Shown: positions 11,297 through 23,081 of the stretch, piece after piece | Layout: every line of letters starts with the position of its first letter | How positions within the stretch are numbered: the stretch's first letter is position 1 | DNA from: Eledone cirrhosa | Lineage: Eukaryota | Length of the DNA: 64,000 nt | Direction of reading: 5' to 3' | Assembly (NCBI GenBank): GCA_964016885.1 | Contig: OZ024757.1 | Span: forward strand, 34,286,001 to 34,350,000 | The notes under the pieces: model-generated | Databases searched by the model: none | What the model was told of the DNA's origin: nothing | What the model saw: only the letters and a program-made list of their open reading frames with translations | Translations under genes and position numbers: made by a program

Positions 11297-13796
11297 ATTG
11301 AAGATTAATGATATTGCAATATCGGTGATATATCATTGTTCTGAAATGGGAAAGTATATTGCTGATCTTGACAAGTATAGTCATAGAGGAACAAAAAAAT
11401 AAAATGGACTATGTAACTAATAAGACTGGGCACCGTGTCATTAAAATACCCAAGAAATCTGTGAGATGCCACCTCACTGGTTTAGCTAGGGTCCAGCTAA
11501 ACGTACACAGGTGTGAGCAAAAGTACAATTGTATTAGGTTATTTAGAAATTAATGTGGGTTAGGGTGTTTCATTTTGAAAACTATTGCCAAAAATCTCAT
11601 GTCGATTATGCCCATGTTTGAGTTGATAAAGTAACAAAGTGTGCTGAATCATAGGTCAATCTAATAATATTTAGGGGTTGCACACTTTCACATATTTTTT
11701 ATTTATGATTTTTTTTTTTTTTACATGGCTTGTGATATATAGTCCTTTCTGTTCACTTTTCTGAATCTAATGAAGAAACAAGACAACATGAAGAATATAT
11801 TCTAAATACATAGTAATATTGGGGTTAAATAGAGAAGGCTTTTGATGAATGATATTTATAACTGGAAACAGCTACCTTTGACCTATGGGGGACTTGTTGA
11901 AATGATGAAAAGCAGGGAAATGAAATGAAAATAAGCAGGAGGAATATATTCTAAATATACAATAATATTGGGGTTGATGAGGGAAACACTTTTTATAAAT
12001 AAAATTTATAACCGAAAAACGACTTTTTAAACATTGGGATTCTAGGACGAGATAATGGGGAAAAGATCTTGATGACTTGCTTCAAAACTAGTTCAAGAAT
12101 ACTATGGTGGCAAGCCAACCACAAAAGGGTTTTTTTTTCAGAGCACTTCAGTTTTCGTATTGGCTCCGTGATGCATGGTGGTGGTGTTGAAAGACACCAA
12201 TTATTCTATCCTCAATTTTGAGTCTTAGAATTTCCTTTAAAACAACTTCAGTGATTTGCTATTCGGTTCCATCTCTTGCAATCTAAAGGCTTTTCCTTTT
12301 TTTTTTTTTTCTGTAATTAAAACTGCAATCTGATCTTCATGTGCACTGGATCATGGAAGCTGATGTTAATAATTCTCCATCCCAGTGAAGGACTAGTTAA
12401 AATCTGTTTTCAGGAGGGAAAGTGGAAAACTCAATTTCCTCAGTTGTCTACTCATGGTGACTGGTTCTTGCTTGATAAACAGTTAGGGAGAAATTGAGAG
12501 TTCAGACACATGATGCCCAAGACTCTTCACAATTGCGATGTAAGAGGTACTTGTTTGTTGTACCAATAGTTTCTCCAGTTCCTACATGACATAGAGAGTT
12601 GTGTTTATTCGTAGTGATGTTTGGGTTGTGCTGACATGAAGATTTCATCATTAATAGCTGAGCTGTATAACGAACTTTCTCAGACATCATCTACATCCTG
12701 CTTTTATTTTCTTATATATTTTTAATAATAAAATTTCATGTGTAAAATAATTCTTCGTTTTAAAGCTTATTTTAGGCCTTTTCTTTCTATGTAATCCATT
12801 TTTAATGTAAATTGCATTTTTAGGGAGGTTAGCTGGAGAGTTCTGACCCTTTGGAAAGTTTTCTACACTATACTGAGTGATTGTACTTTTAGTCACATCT
12901 TACAACATGCAGGGATATCATGTTACAATTAAATATACCAATCATAAGTATGTCAAAGGTAGACTTGTTCTAATGTCTGGAATGTGTGAAGCTGCATAGC
13001 TTAATGTTTAGAGGGCAGGATTAGCAACTATGAGGTTGCGAGTTCGATTCCTGGACCAGGCAATGCATTGTCCTTGAGCCTTTTTGCCTGGAGTTGCAAC
13101 TAGTGGATAGTATCATCATTGTTTCCTTGGTCCGATTTGATGAGTTCCACCCCACTCAATAAATGCGATCTTGTTGATCGATTAAAGATGTCTAATACCT
13201 TGTTTGTTCCATCAGCTGTGGCAAAGACATGACACCATCCTTAATGATGGTGCTTTACATGATAAACACACCCAGTACATATTGCAAAGTGGTTGGTGAT
13301 AGGAAGGGCATCCAGCCATAAAGGATGGGAAGGTCTCTCTAGTTGTGTTGACATGACAACCTCCCTAGTGTTGGTGATTTTCACAATAAATAGTCATCCA
13401 GTACACTTTTGTACAGTGGTTGGTGATAAGAAAGCCTACCAAATAAAGGGTCAGAAAACTCTTCAACTATGCCAAGGACATATCTTCCCTAGTGTTGGTG
13501 ATTTACACAATAATTTGTCACCCAATGCACTCCTATGCAATCCTACTTGGTAGGAAGGAGATTCAGCTGTGGAAAACCCCCAAACACGGGGAAACAATAC
13601 AGTACAATGATGATACTTATATCAGTTTAATCCTTAATATAGTAGGAAAATTGACTGTTTACATATCAGTCCTTCATTTGTAGATAGAATGAGAAATAGA
13701 AAGATAGGTATGTGTATTTAGTCAACCATTTGAGGGATTCTTTGCCTGATGGCTAAATTTAAACCGGTTGTAACTGACCACTCATACTGATGTTAA

Positions 13797-13979
13797 CCCT
13801 TTACCATTTACATTACTCTATATATACTATTATATTTTCATGGTAAAGGCTTTACCTCACATAATATCAAATCTGTGATATTTTGAGAACACTATCTTAA
13901 TATCAATATGAGCAGCCGGTTGTGGCCAGTTTGAACAGAAAGAGGTGAGAGAATTCTGGCTGGTTTAAATGCTAAAGGG
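13797..13979. mobile_element. piggyBac-like MITE (CCCTTTA..TAAAGGG termini, TTAA TSD) nested in an inverted copy of itself (~13755-14111)
   Basis: TTAA-CCCTTTACCATTTA ... TAAATGCTAAAGGG-TTAA. Further copies at 47275-47478, 53687-53894 and 56331-56535. Confidence 0.85.
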
Positions 13980-14330
13980 TTAAATTTAACCATTGGTATT
14001 GTTCTCAAAATATATAATATCAAAAATCTCATAGATTCAATATGTGAGGTAAAGCCTTTACTGTGAAATTATGATAGTATATATAGAGTAATGTAAATGG
14101 TAAAGGGTTAAACTGTTTGAATATCTTCAAAATGGTTTAGGCTGAGCCATCAGACACAGAATCCCTATAAATATCTGCACTCAACTTCCCTTAAGTACAC
14201 TGTACTAAGTTGAATTATGGTCTTACTGGTCATAACTACTAACATTTCATCCACACATATCTCTCTCTCGATATATATATATATATATATATCCTGCCCA
14301 TCCCCTCAATCTTTCTCGCTTCTCATTCTT

Positions 14331-14366
14331 TCTTCTGATGAAGGACTAGCGTCCGAAACGTTAAGA
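14331..14366 (+). ncRNA. Minimal type I hammerhead ribozyme motif (Penelope/retrozyme-like)
   Basis: TCTT-CTGATGA-A-GGAC(TAGC)GTCC-GAAA-CG-TT-AAGA: stem I TCTT/AAGA, stem II GGAC/GTCC, palindromic ACGT stem III, GUU site. Confidence 0.7.
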
Positions 14367-15190
14367 CCCTCTTCCTGCTATTTCAAGTGTTCAACTAATA
14401 TATTCCTTCCATATACTGTACCGTTTGTTTTGTTATTTCTGTTTACCTTTTACATATATATATATGGTTGAGAGGACCCTTCAGTCATGTCAACATGATC
14501 CATCTCCAATTATATCAACCCCAGCACTTAACTGGTACTACATTTTAGGGACCCTGGAAGGATGAAAGGTAAAATTGGCTTTCCAAGATTTGAAATCAGA
14601 GCACAGAGTACTGTAAAGCAATCTATCCAATGTTGTAACTATTCTGTCAGTTCGTTACATTAGGGACATCATTAATAATGAAAATCTGATGCAAAGAAAT
14701 TTACACAAAATGTCATAATCAAAGAAAACAAAAAAGGTGGGTGAAAACACACATTAAAGTAGGTGCTGGAATCTCCCTCTAGTAATTTTGGTGTCAAGCC
14801 AAGCCCATAAGTGTATTCATCCTATCATTTTTAATGCAGACATTCATCATTTCCCAACAAAAATGATTAATTTTCTGACAAATATGACAATTTTCCAACC
14901 GATTTTATTGTTGGGTGCAGCTGCATCCCCAGCAAAACATTTATAGTATAGTGATAGCATGGATTAGTGATTTTCTCTCATCCTTTGTTTTGTAAAATAC
15001 ACCAGGACTGTGACAAATGAACTAATGACTAATAATTAATAATAAAGTGGAAGTGAAAAATCACATAGTGCATGTGTTTTTATTGGAAATGTTAGTAACA
15101 TGACCATCCCAAATAAATATATATATATATATATATTCGAAAGGAGGAGGTTATAGTTCACTTGAAGCATTGTGTAATGAGGTATAAACG

Positions 15191-15591
15191 TTTGTATATG
15201 TATAATAAAGCCAAAACAATGCAGGTATGGACATAGAATAAAGAATGCAAATGCAAAAGATATTGTTGACAATTAGTCTTTTACCTTAGATTTATTTAAA
15301 TGTCCTAAATTTCGAGATAATATCTCTTCTTCAGAGGGAGTAAAGTTGTCAAACCAGTGTTCTAAATGGCTTGCCGAGTCATACCATTTAGTGTCAGCAT
15401 GACTCGGCAAGCTATTTAGAACACTGGTTTGACAACTTTATTCCCTCTGAATAAAACATATTATCTCGAAAATTTAGGACATTTAAATAAATCTAAGGTA
15501 AAAGACTAATTGTCAACAATATCTTTTGCATTTGCATTCTTTATTCTATGTCCATACCTGCATTGTTTTGGCTTTATTATACATATACAAA
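15191..15591. repeat. Long inverted repeat (~192-bp arms, 16-nt loop)
   Basis: 15191-15382 is the reverse complement of 15399-15591, with 5 substitutions and 1 indel by manual alignment. Confidence 0.95.
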
Positions 15592-15600
15592 TGTATATAT

Positions 15601-15682
15601 ATATTCATTTATTAAGGCTAAATAGTGAGTTTTGTTTATCCAGAGTAACATGACTCACAATTTAGGCTTAATAAATGAATAT
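15601..15682. repeat. Short hairpin, 36-bp arms, 10-nt loop
   Basis: ATATTCATTTATTAAGGCTAAATAGTGAGTTTTGTT pairs with AACATGACTCACAATTTAGGCTTAATAAATGAATAT (4 differences). Confidence 0.85.
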
Positions 15683-15736
15683 TAAAACTTTATTTTAGTA
15701 TTGTGTACTCTTTACTTTCAGCCATCAGCCACATTC

Positions 15737-15771
<35 letters not shown>

Positions 15772-15834
15772 GAAATAGGAAATAATAATCAATTATATAT
15801 ATATATATATGGCTTTACTGTAGGCTTAGAGCAG

Positions 15835-16390
15835 GAGAGTTAAGGTGAAAAAGATATCAGATGCTGAATTTGCTGACGACATAGTTCTGGTGACAAACAC
15901 ACTGAAGGTGGGGACTGTGCCGGTGTCGATGAGTGTGGGGCTGAGAATGAATGAGATTAAGACTAGTAGAGAATATTAAAAAGCCAGAGAAGATTATGAA
16001 TGTAGGCGGGAAGCTGCTAGAGTTGGTTGAGGAATTCCTGTATATGGGAGCAAAGATTGGGAACACAGAGGATGATGTGGTTGAGAGGAAGAGTAAAGCC
16101 TGGACGGCGTGCCACAGTTTGAGATCAGTGTGGAAGTCGGACCTTCGTAAAAACCTGAAGATCCGTCTCTTTGTTGCTATACTGGAGTCTGTGCTGTTGT
16201 ACAGGTCTGAGACTTGGACACTGACCAAAAAACTCACTCAGATGGTGGGTGAGTGCTACATGAGAATGTTGAGGATGGTTCTGAACATTAATCAGTATAC
16301 ACTGAGGATGAAGAACTCAGAGCTGTACGGGAGCCTCCCAAAAGTCAGCTCGAAACTAACACAGAGACGTAGAAACCAAGCCAGAACCAG
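15835..16390 (+). mobile_element. Decayed RTE-like LINE fragment
   Basis: (E)FADDIVL RT motif, then VEEFLYMG, LKIRLFVAILESVLLYRSETWTLT and RMLRMVLNI. Confidence 0.8.
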
Positions 16391-17143
16391 TTCCGTATGA
16401 GCAAGGCATGATCACTCGACCTGACTTGTCTCATAATGTGACAACTCGTCTAACCCATGCAACCGTAGAAAATAGACGTTAAACGGTGATGATTATACAC
16501 ATATAATCATATAAATAATATACACACTCACACATACACACATATATATATTAGTGTGTCCCCCAAAATGTGTACACACTTCAACAGCATTCTAATAAAT
16601 ATGTGTATACATTTTTTGGACATGCTTTATATGGTGTAATATGATGTGTGTGTGAGTCGTCTCCCAATATATCGTCTGCGTCCTTGTCTTACTACAGAAG
16701 AACATATTTAAACCATAGCAACGCAAGGAGAAATGAAAAAAGTTTGACAATAATAAATAAATGAAAGGTGAATATAACAGTTGTGTGTGTGTTATTTTAT
16801 TTTCTAATGATATACTTGTCGTGTTTATAGGCTCCCGTCGGTCACAAATGGCCATGGGTTTTTCACCTAGAAAGTTTCTCTCCAAGCCTAAGCAAAGTGT
16901 GTTTATAGAAGACTAGTAGTCACTCATGCATACCAACCTCCCTTCTCCACGCCACCAATGATGTCCAAGGGAAAGGCAATGGCCAATACAGCTTGGCACT
17001 AATGACAACTCATTTCTACAGCTGAGTGAACTGGAGCAACATGAAATAAAGTGTCTTGATCAAAGACATAATACACCGCCCGGTCAGGGAATTGAACTCA
17101 CAACCTCATCATTGTGAGCTCAATGTTCTAACCACTTATGAAA

Positions 17144-17177
<34 letters not shown>

Positions 17178-17262
17178 GTATGAAAACAGGGAGAAAAAGA
17201 CGATTATTAGGAAGAAGAATATATATATATTTTTTACTATATATGTATATAAGTAGAAGGGG

Positions 17263-17326
17263 TATTTTATCTGATGAAAGCGTACCAATGTTGTCTTGGT
17301 ACCCTTGAAATATATATAATAAAATA
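17263..17326 (+). ncRNA. Type I hammerhead ribozyme motif
   Basis: TATTTTAT-CTGATGA-AAGCGTACCAA(TGTTGTC)TTGGTACCCTT-GAAA-TATATA-TA-ATAAAATA: 8-bp stem I, long stem II, palindromic AT stem III, AUA site. Confidence 0.7.
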
Positions 17327-17531
17327 AATATGGTTTTATAAATATAGTTTTCATTTATTTAATATCATTGTATATATATATATACACAACAAATTTAATA
17401 TAGAAATGGCTTCTACAGGACTAGAACTGTTACCCCGGATTGAACCCGGGACTCGCACACATTCACATATATAACTGTATATATACATATATGTGTGTGT
17501 GTGACTTTTAAAACAATTATCATATATTTCA

Positions 17532-17696
17532 TATCGAAACTACAACTAAAGAAGTAAAATCAGTAATATTGCTTCATTTTTAACAAGATACGAAACTACT
17601 GCTAAAAATGGAAGCCAAACGAAGTAATGTTCCCTCATCAAACAACATCACATTCTTCGTCATTTCTTTAAATGTTTACATTTCAACACGGTAAGT
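17532..17696 (+). promoter_or_regulatory. Putative promoter motif and non-coding first exon of ZNF2
   Basis: TATCGAAAC at 17532 and TGTTTACATTTCAACACG|GTAAGT donor at 17691. Homologous blocks at 31.4, 32.0, 39.8 and 58.7 kb. Confidence 0.6.
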
Positions 17697-17829
17697 ATTC
17701 AAAAATTTGCTTTAAGGTTAACATAATGTTTGTAAATAACTAAATTATTTTCCCACTTAAGTATACAGTAATTATAATCTTTACATACTGTAACGTTGAA
17801 TAATTTTATAATATATTATTACAGTTAAT

Positions 17830-18430
17830 AATGAAATTATTGTGTAAAGTGCTCAGGTGCACTACAACTCGTCAAAGGTGCATGTATAGTGCATAGAATA
17901 ATATACACATGTCAGGCAAGTGAATAGCGAATGAGTCATGATAGACATGTGTGCGTGTGTATGGAGGGGGAATATTAGGTGTAGTGTTGGCGAATCTCAG
18001 GAAGCATTGAGGTTTTAAAGGATGCAGTGTCTCGACAGCTAACAACTTATGCAGGTAGTTTGTTCCATGCTTCAGCAACTCTGAGCGTGAAAATATGTTT
18101 CTGAAAGTCATGGGAACTGTGCTGTTTTCTGGCTTTGTAGGCATGTCCAGGTGTGTTAGACACATGGAAATCAAAAAGGTATTCAGGGTTGTTGTTGGCA
18201 AGATGGTTAATAATTTTGTGGGTGTTTACCAAGTCAGTTGCCAGACGTCGGAGCTTGAATGTATCCATGCCCAGGGAAGCAAGGCGTTCAGAGTATGATA
18301 GATGCCTGATGGAGGGTATTCGCTTGGTTGAACAGTTTCCAGGCGGTCAATGTTCTGAGCAAGATAGGGGTTCCAGACTGGTGATGCAAATTCGAAGTGT
18401 GGCCGCACCATAGCTATATACAGCTTTGAA
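17830..18430 (-). mobile_element. CR1/L2-group LINE 3' fragment; related piece at ~57200-57520
   Basis: LYIAMVRPHFEFASPVWNPY, LRRLATDLVNTHKII and FTLRVAEAWNKLP; frameshifted. Confidence 0.8.
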
Positions 18431-18466
18431 TTTGTATAATATATTATAATCAGTGTAAGACTATGC

Positions 18467-18510
<44 letters not shown>

Positions 18511-18876
18511 TTATAATCTTAAGTATGGTCATTTGGTACCCGGTAAGGGTAATTAGACTTATACCAAAGTTGAGATGATTCTTCTGAGTATCGAGCATCA
18601 CTTGGTATTGATGCTTGCCAGATTGGTATCAATACGAGAAGCAATAGTTAAACTTAAGTATATATATACTATATATACACAAGTAACAATCTATATACAC
18701 TACACAGTCTATATATACATAGGTAACAGTCTATATAAACTATATACAATTTAACTATACATCATATATATCTTAAGTAGGGTCATTAGACTTATACCAA
18801 GGTAGAGATGATTCTCTTCTGAGTATCCCTCTAATAATTTTTAAAGCAAAACAACATACCCGTAACATTACCTCGA

Positions 18877-19036
18877 GTGATAGCATGGCTAAGGTGCTGG
18901 AATAAGCAAGCACCCTCATCAGGACCATCACCTGATACTTCAGTAAAGCCAAGTGATAGCGTGACTAAGGTGCTGGAATAACAAAGCACCCTCACCAGGA
19001 GTATCACCTGATAGTTCAGTAAGGCTAGGTGATAGT
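18877..19036. repeat. Tandem duplication of a ~76-bp unit
   Basis: GTGATAGC.TG.CTAAGGTGCTGGAATAA..AAGCACCCTCA.CAGGA..ATCACCTGATA.TTCAGTAA occurs twice. Confidence 0.85.
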
Positions 19037-19970
19037 AAGGTAATTAAACCAGGCAACAACACTGGAAAAATATATTTCTTTGTCCTGACTTTTCCTCACA
19101 AGTTAATATTTGGCAATTAAAATGTCCATCTAAAATGGGACAAAAGAAGAGAGGAAGTCTTGTGCTCCCAGGAAAAAAGAAATAAATTGGATGAAAGAAG
19201 ATCTTCTCTCATACATTTTCTTTCTTTTTTCTGTTTTTGCTATCAGTACTGCAGGCCAACACACCTCTATCCTTTGGGGTAAATTTTACCTGACGATGTC
19301 AGTGACAGCATTTTGCTGTTTAAACAGCTTCCTTGCATTGAGTTCTTCCCATTATTCTACAAATGTTTATATATATATATATATGTGTGTATGTTACACA
19401 ATCTGATGGTGTAGTTTAACAAACACACGTATATATATATATATAGATGTTACACAATCTCATGGTATAGCTGTAATTTAACACACAAACACACACACAT
19501 TATATATCTATCTATAAAATGTTACACAATCTAAAGGTATAGCTGCAGTTTGTATATATTGTAGACTTCACAGAAGTATGATGTAATTCTAATAACAAAT
19601 TGAAAGCTAAAGTACAGTTGTTGAAGCAAATCTTTATATCTACATTTTATGGAAATGTAGTAAATTTTTCACTGTTGAATCTCTACTTTTAGTATTTTCT
19701 CTAGCTTATATTATTTTTCTGTTATTTCAGATACATCATCTTTTAAAAAACTACTGGAAGATTTTATACAGAGATGATATAAAACTGTTTATATGATATG
19801 GTGGAATTAACTGTGAGAAAAATTAAATTGTATTTAAAGAAAGTAGTTTGCTGCCTATTCAGTTATCTACAAAGATCACAGTTGATGGAAATATTACAAT
19901 AGACATATTTGTTTCGTTTGAGAGAACATAAGAAAATATATATATATATTGTAGCAAAGGAAGAAAAGTT

Positions 19971-21074
19971 ATGGAAAATGAATTGTGTGAGAAAAAGGTT
20001 TTGTGTAAAACAATAGCTTTTCCTGATAAGAGGCAGAAAAAGATGGGAAAAAAACCTCATATTTGTGATATCTGTAACAAGTCATTTCCTCAAAAAAGTA
20101 ATCTAATAACACACAAACGTATTCATACAGGAGAAAAACCATACATTTGTGATATCTGTGGTGAAGCTTTCTCTCGAAATGGTCACTTAACTACTCACAA
20201 ATATGTTCATACGGGAGAGAAGCCATACCACTGTGATATCTGTGGTAAATCATTCTCTCAAGGTTCTAGTTTATCTAAACACAAACATATTCATACTGGA
20301 GAGAGACCGTATCACTGTGATATTTGTGATAAGTCATTCTCAATAGGAAGTCATTTAGTTACTCACAAGCGGATTCATACAGGAGAAAAACCATATCACT
20401 GTGATATCTGTGGTAAATCATTCTCTGCAACAGGTAACTTAATATTTCATAAACGTACTCATACAGGAGAGAAGCCACATCACTGTGATATCTGTGGCTT
20501 ATCATTCTCCAAAACAAGTGACTTAACTGTGCATAAACGCATTCATACAGGAGAGAAGCCATATCACTGTGATATTTGTGGTAAATCATTTTCTGGAAAT
20601 GGTGACTTAACCACTCACAAACGCATTCATACTGGAGAGAGGCCATACCACTGTGATACCTGTGGTAAATCATTCGCTAAAGCAAGTGACTTAACTATAC
20701 ACAAACGCATTCACACAGGAGAAAAACCATACCACTGTGATGTCTGTAATAAGTATTTCTCTATAAGTGGTAACTTAACGAAACACAGACGTATTCATTC
20801 AAGACAGAAACCATATCACTGTGATATCTGTGGTAAATCATTCTCGCAAAGATGTCACTTAACTACTCACAAATCTATTCATACAGGAGAGAAACCATAT
20901 CACTGTGATATCTGTGGTAAATCATTTCCTGTAACAGGTCAATTAACTACACATAAACGCATTCATACAGGAGAGAAACCATATCATTGCAATAGCTGTG
21001 GTAAATCATTCTCTCAGACAGGTAGCTTAACTAGACACAAATGTATTTCAACAGGAGAAAATCCATATCACTGA
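19971..21074 (+). CDS. C2H2 zinc-finger protein ZNF2 (367 aa; 11 fingers plus terminal H-x-C finger)
   Basis: Intact ORF; acceptor tatttcag at 19730. Confidence 0.95.
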   Translation: MENELCEKKVLCKTIAFPDKRQKKMGKKPHICDICNKSFPQKSNLITHKRIHTGEKPYICDICGEAFSRNGHLTTHKYVHTGEKPYHCDICGKSFSQGSSLSKHKHIHTGERPYHCDICDKSFSIGSHLVTHKRIHTGEKPYHCDICGKSFSATGNLIFHKRTHTGEKPHHCDICGLSFSKTSDLTVHKRIHTGEKPYHCDICGKSFSGNGDLTTHKRIHTGERPYHCDTCGKSFAKASDLTIHKRIHTGEKPYHCDVCNKYFSISGNLTKHRRIHSRQKPYHCDICGKSFSQRCHLTTHKSIHTGEKPYHCDICGKSFPVTGQLTTHKRIHTGEKPYHCNSCGKSFSQTGSLTRHKCISTGENPYH

Positions 21075-22013
21075 TATGCGTAGTAAATCATTCTTTCATA
21101 AACTCTCTTAACACACACACATATGTATCATCATCATCACATATGTTGTATGTATTCACACTGGACAATAACTTTATCAATGGCAAGTCATTCAATGAAA
21201 CAAATATTAGTTTAATCCTCAAATGTAAATACATAATGGTTTGGGCTATGCCTTTCTTCAAAAGGAAGAAAATGCAGAAAAGTATTGGAAAAAAAAAGGG
21301 CAAAGTAAAAAGAGCCAGAATGGGGACATATTTAGTCTGTTTTTAAATCTCTCTCTCTATATATGTGTGTGTGTACTGATTTTAATGGTACTTGATATAT
21401 ATTGAAAGATTCTTGTATCAAATTGTGATGGAAGATTTTAATCCATTTCAATTAATGGAGAATTTTGAGGCATTTACTAAAATGATTAATTATTTCATTA
21501 CTAAGATAATTTAACATATGGTTCTTATATAAAATTATGTTTGAAGATTTCAATTTAAATAGGAACCAATTGGATGGTATTAAAATGGTTGAAATTCCAG
21601 TCTGTCTGGTGTGGCAGACACTGGTAGTGTTAACTGCTACCTCTGTAAATAACTTAATCTTTAGAACGCTAGTAATTTTTATGAGTTGTTTCCCTTGACA
21701 TTGCATTATCCATTAAGGGGAGATTATTCTTATGGTGCAGTGTGTCGCCCACAGTGCGTTGCAGGTTAAAGCAAACTTTTGTCGTCTCTGAAATCTAAGA
21801 CACATCTGTCCAGATATTTAGTAGCTTCCTTGTTTGGCACTTCCACCAGTGCTGGACTTACCTATAAGCTAAACGAGCTATAGCTTAGGGCCACATTTTT
21901 AAAGAATATATTTTTATTTTATAATTATATGTAGTTTTCCAAAAGATGGCAAAATGAACAGACCTGCTTTTTCTCAAAAGAATTTCTGTTCGTTTCTGCT
22001 CCTTCTCAATCTA

Positions 22014-22049
22014 TTTTTTGATGAAGGACTCGTGTCTGAAACGTTAAGA
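22014..22049 (+). ncRNA. Degenerate second copy of the 14331 hammerhead motif
   Basis: TTTT-TTGATGA-A-GGAC(TCGT)GTCT-GAAA-CGTT-AAGA, with core C3 changed to U. It lies in the same ~150-bp repeat as the 14.3-kb copy. Confidence 0.5.
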
Positions 22050-23007
22050 CTTCCTACTATATTGAGTGAAACTAAAATATATTTTCATTGTACTTCATCG
22101 TCTGTTGTGTTTTTTCTGTTTACTTTTCATATACACACACACATATATATAGTAATATATATGTGTCAGATTCTTTTGTTTAAATCCTGTTGGAAGGAGT
22201 TGCTTCTCTTTTGAAATTTGATATTCCATGTGAGTTCAAGTATATGCTTTTCGAATGGTAATAAAGCTGGGTTGCTATAAGTTTTGAAACCAAACTTTTC
22301 CTGATGTTAGTCAGCTTTAACTTGGTGGAAGAAATAGCAAGCACGCCAATGCATTCTTTTTAGGAAAGAATCACTTTTTTTGAGTAATATTTTCAAGCAT
22401 GTCTTTCTGTACCGGAATATTTTTCATAGAAATATTTCGGTGTTGTTTCTGCACAGTGAATTTAAGAGTGCTCTATTGAAGGATCCAAATAGTAGTAATA
22501 ATAAATACAAAGACCAAAATCCAGAGGGGATTTGATAAGGGTTGTATACCCATAGAGCAAATATTTATTATTAGCACAGATTAATAATTTAAGCAAACAA
22601 TTTCTGTTTTCAGAAAGCGGGAGCTTCTGAGAAATGCTGATCCATGGACACAAATAAATATTTTAAAAAAGCCTTTAGAAAATAGAAAGACATAACAGTA
22701 ACTTATGAAGATATTTTCTTGAGATTTGGTGAAATGTATGCAAGGAAAATTATATCATTAAGTGAAGCCGGAAGACCAAATTCTTGTTATTAAAAAATGA
22801 ACAAACCGGTTTTTAGATATTTTCTGCTAAATTGTTACAGGATGTTTATACATGTGCTGTGTCCACAGATTGATATTTCTAAGTTTCAGAAGATCCCACT
22901 TAAGGATGAGAGCAGAAACTGTTAATCTGAACTAATATATATATATATATTATTTATTTAAAACAACAGAAGGCTGGAATGGAAATATCGTTTTAAAGTT
23001 GCAAAAA

Positions 23008-23081
23008 ACACTATATATATTTCAATGGCCAAGTTATGACATCCGATCATGACGCAATACTTTGGCAACATCATCGGGTGC
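23008..23081 (-). ncRNA. Degenerate hammerhead-like motif
   Basis: Minus strand reads GCAC-CCGATGA-TGTTGCCAA...TTGGCCATT-GAAA-TATATA-TA-GTGT. Core U4 is changed to C and stem II is imperfect. Confidence 0.4.

Noticed and set aside
17670-17770. Conserved first exons as spliced-leader RNA genes
   Set aside because: The copies are too divergent, there is no canonical Sm site after the donor, and all but one pair with a cis acceptor.
18885-18935. Minus-strand CTGATGA-GGGTGCT...AGCACC hairpin
   Set aside because: The stem is followed by TTAGCC rather than GAAA, so the hammerhead core is incomplete.
20359-20673. Antisense ORFs over ZNF arrays (also 54435-54776, 10001-10225)
   Set aside because: These are shadow frames of the repetitive 84-bp finger unit.
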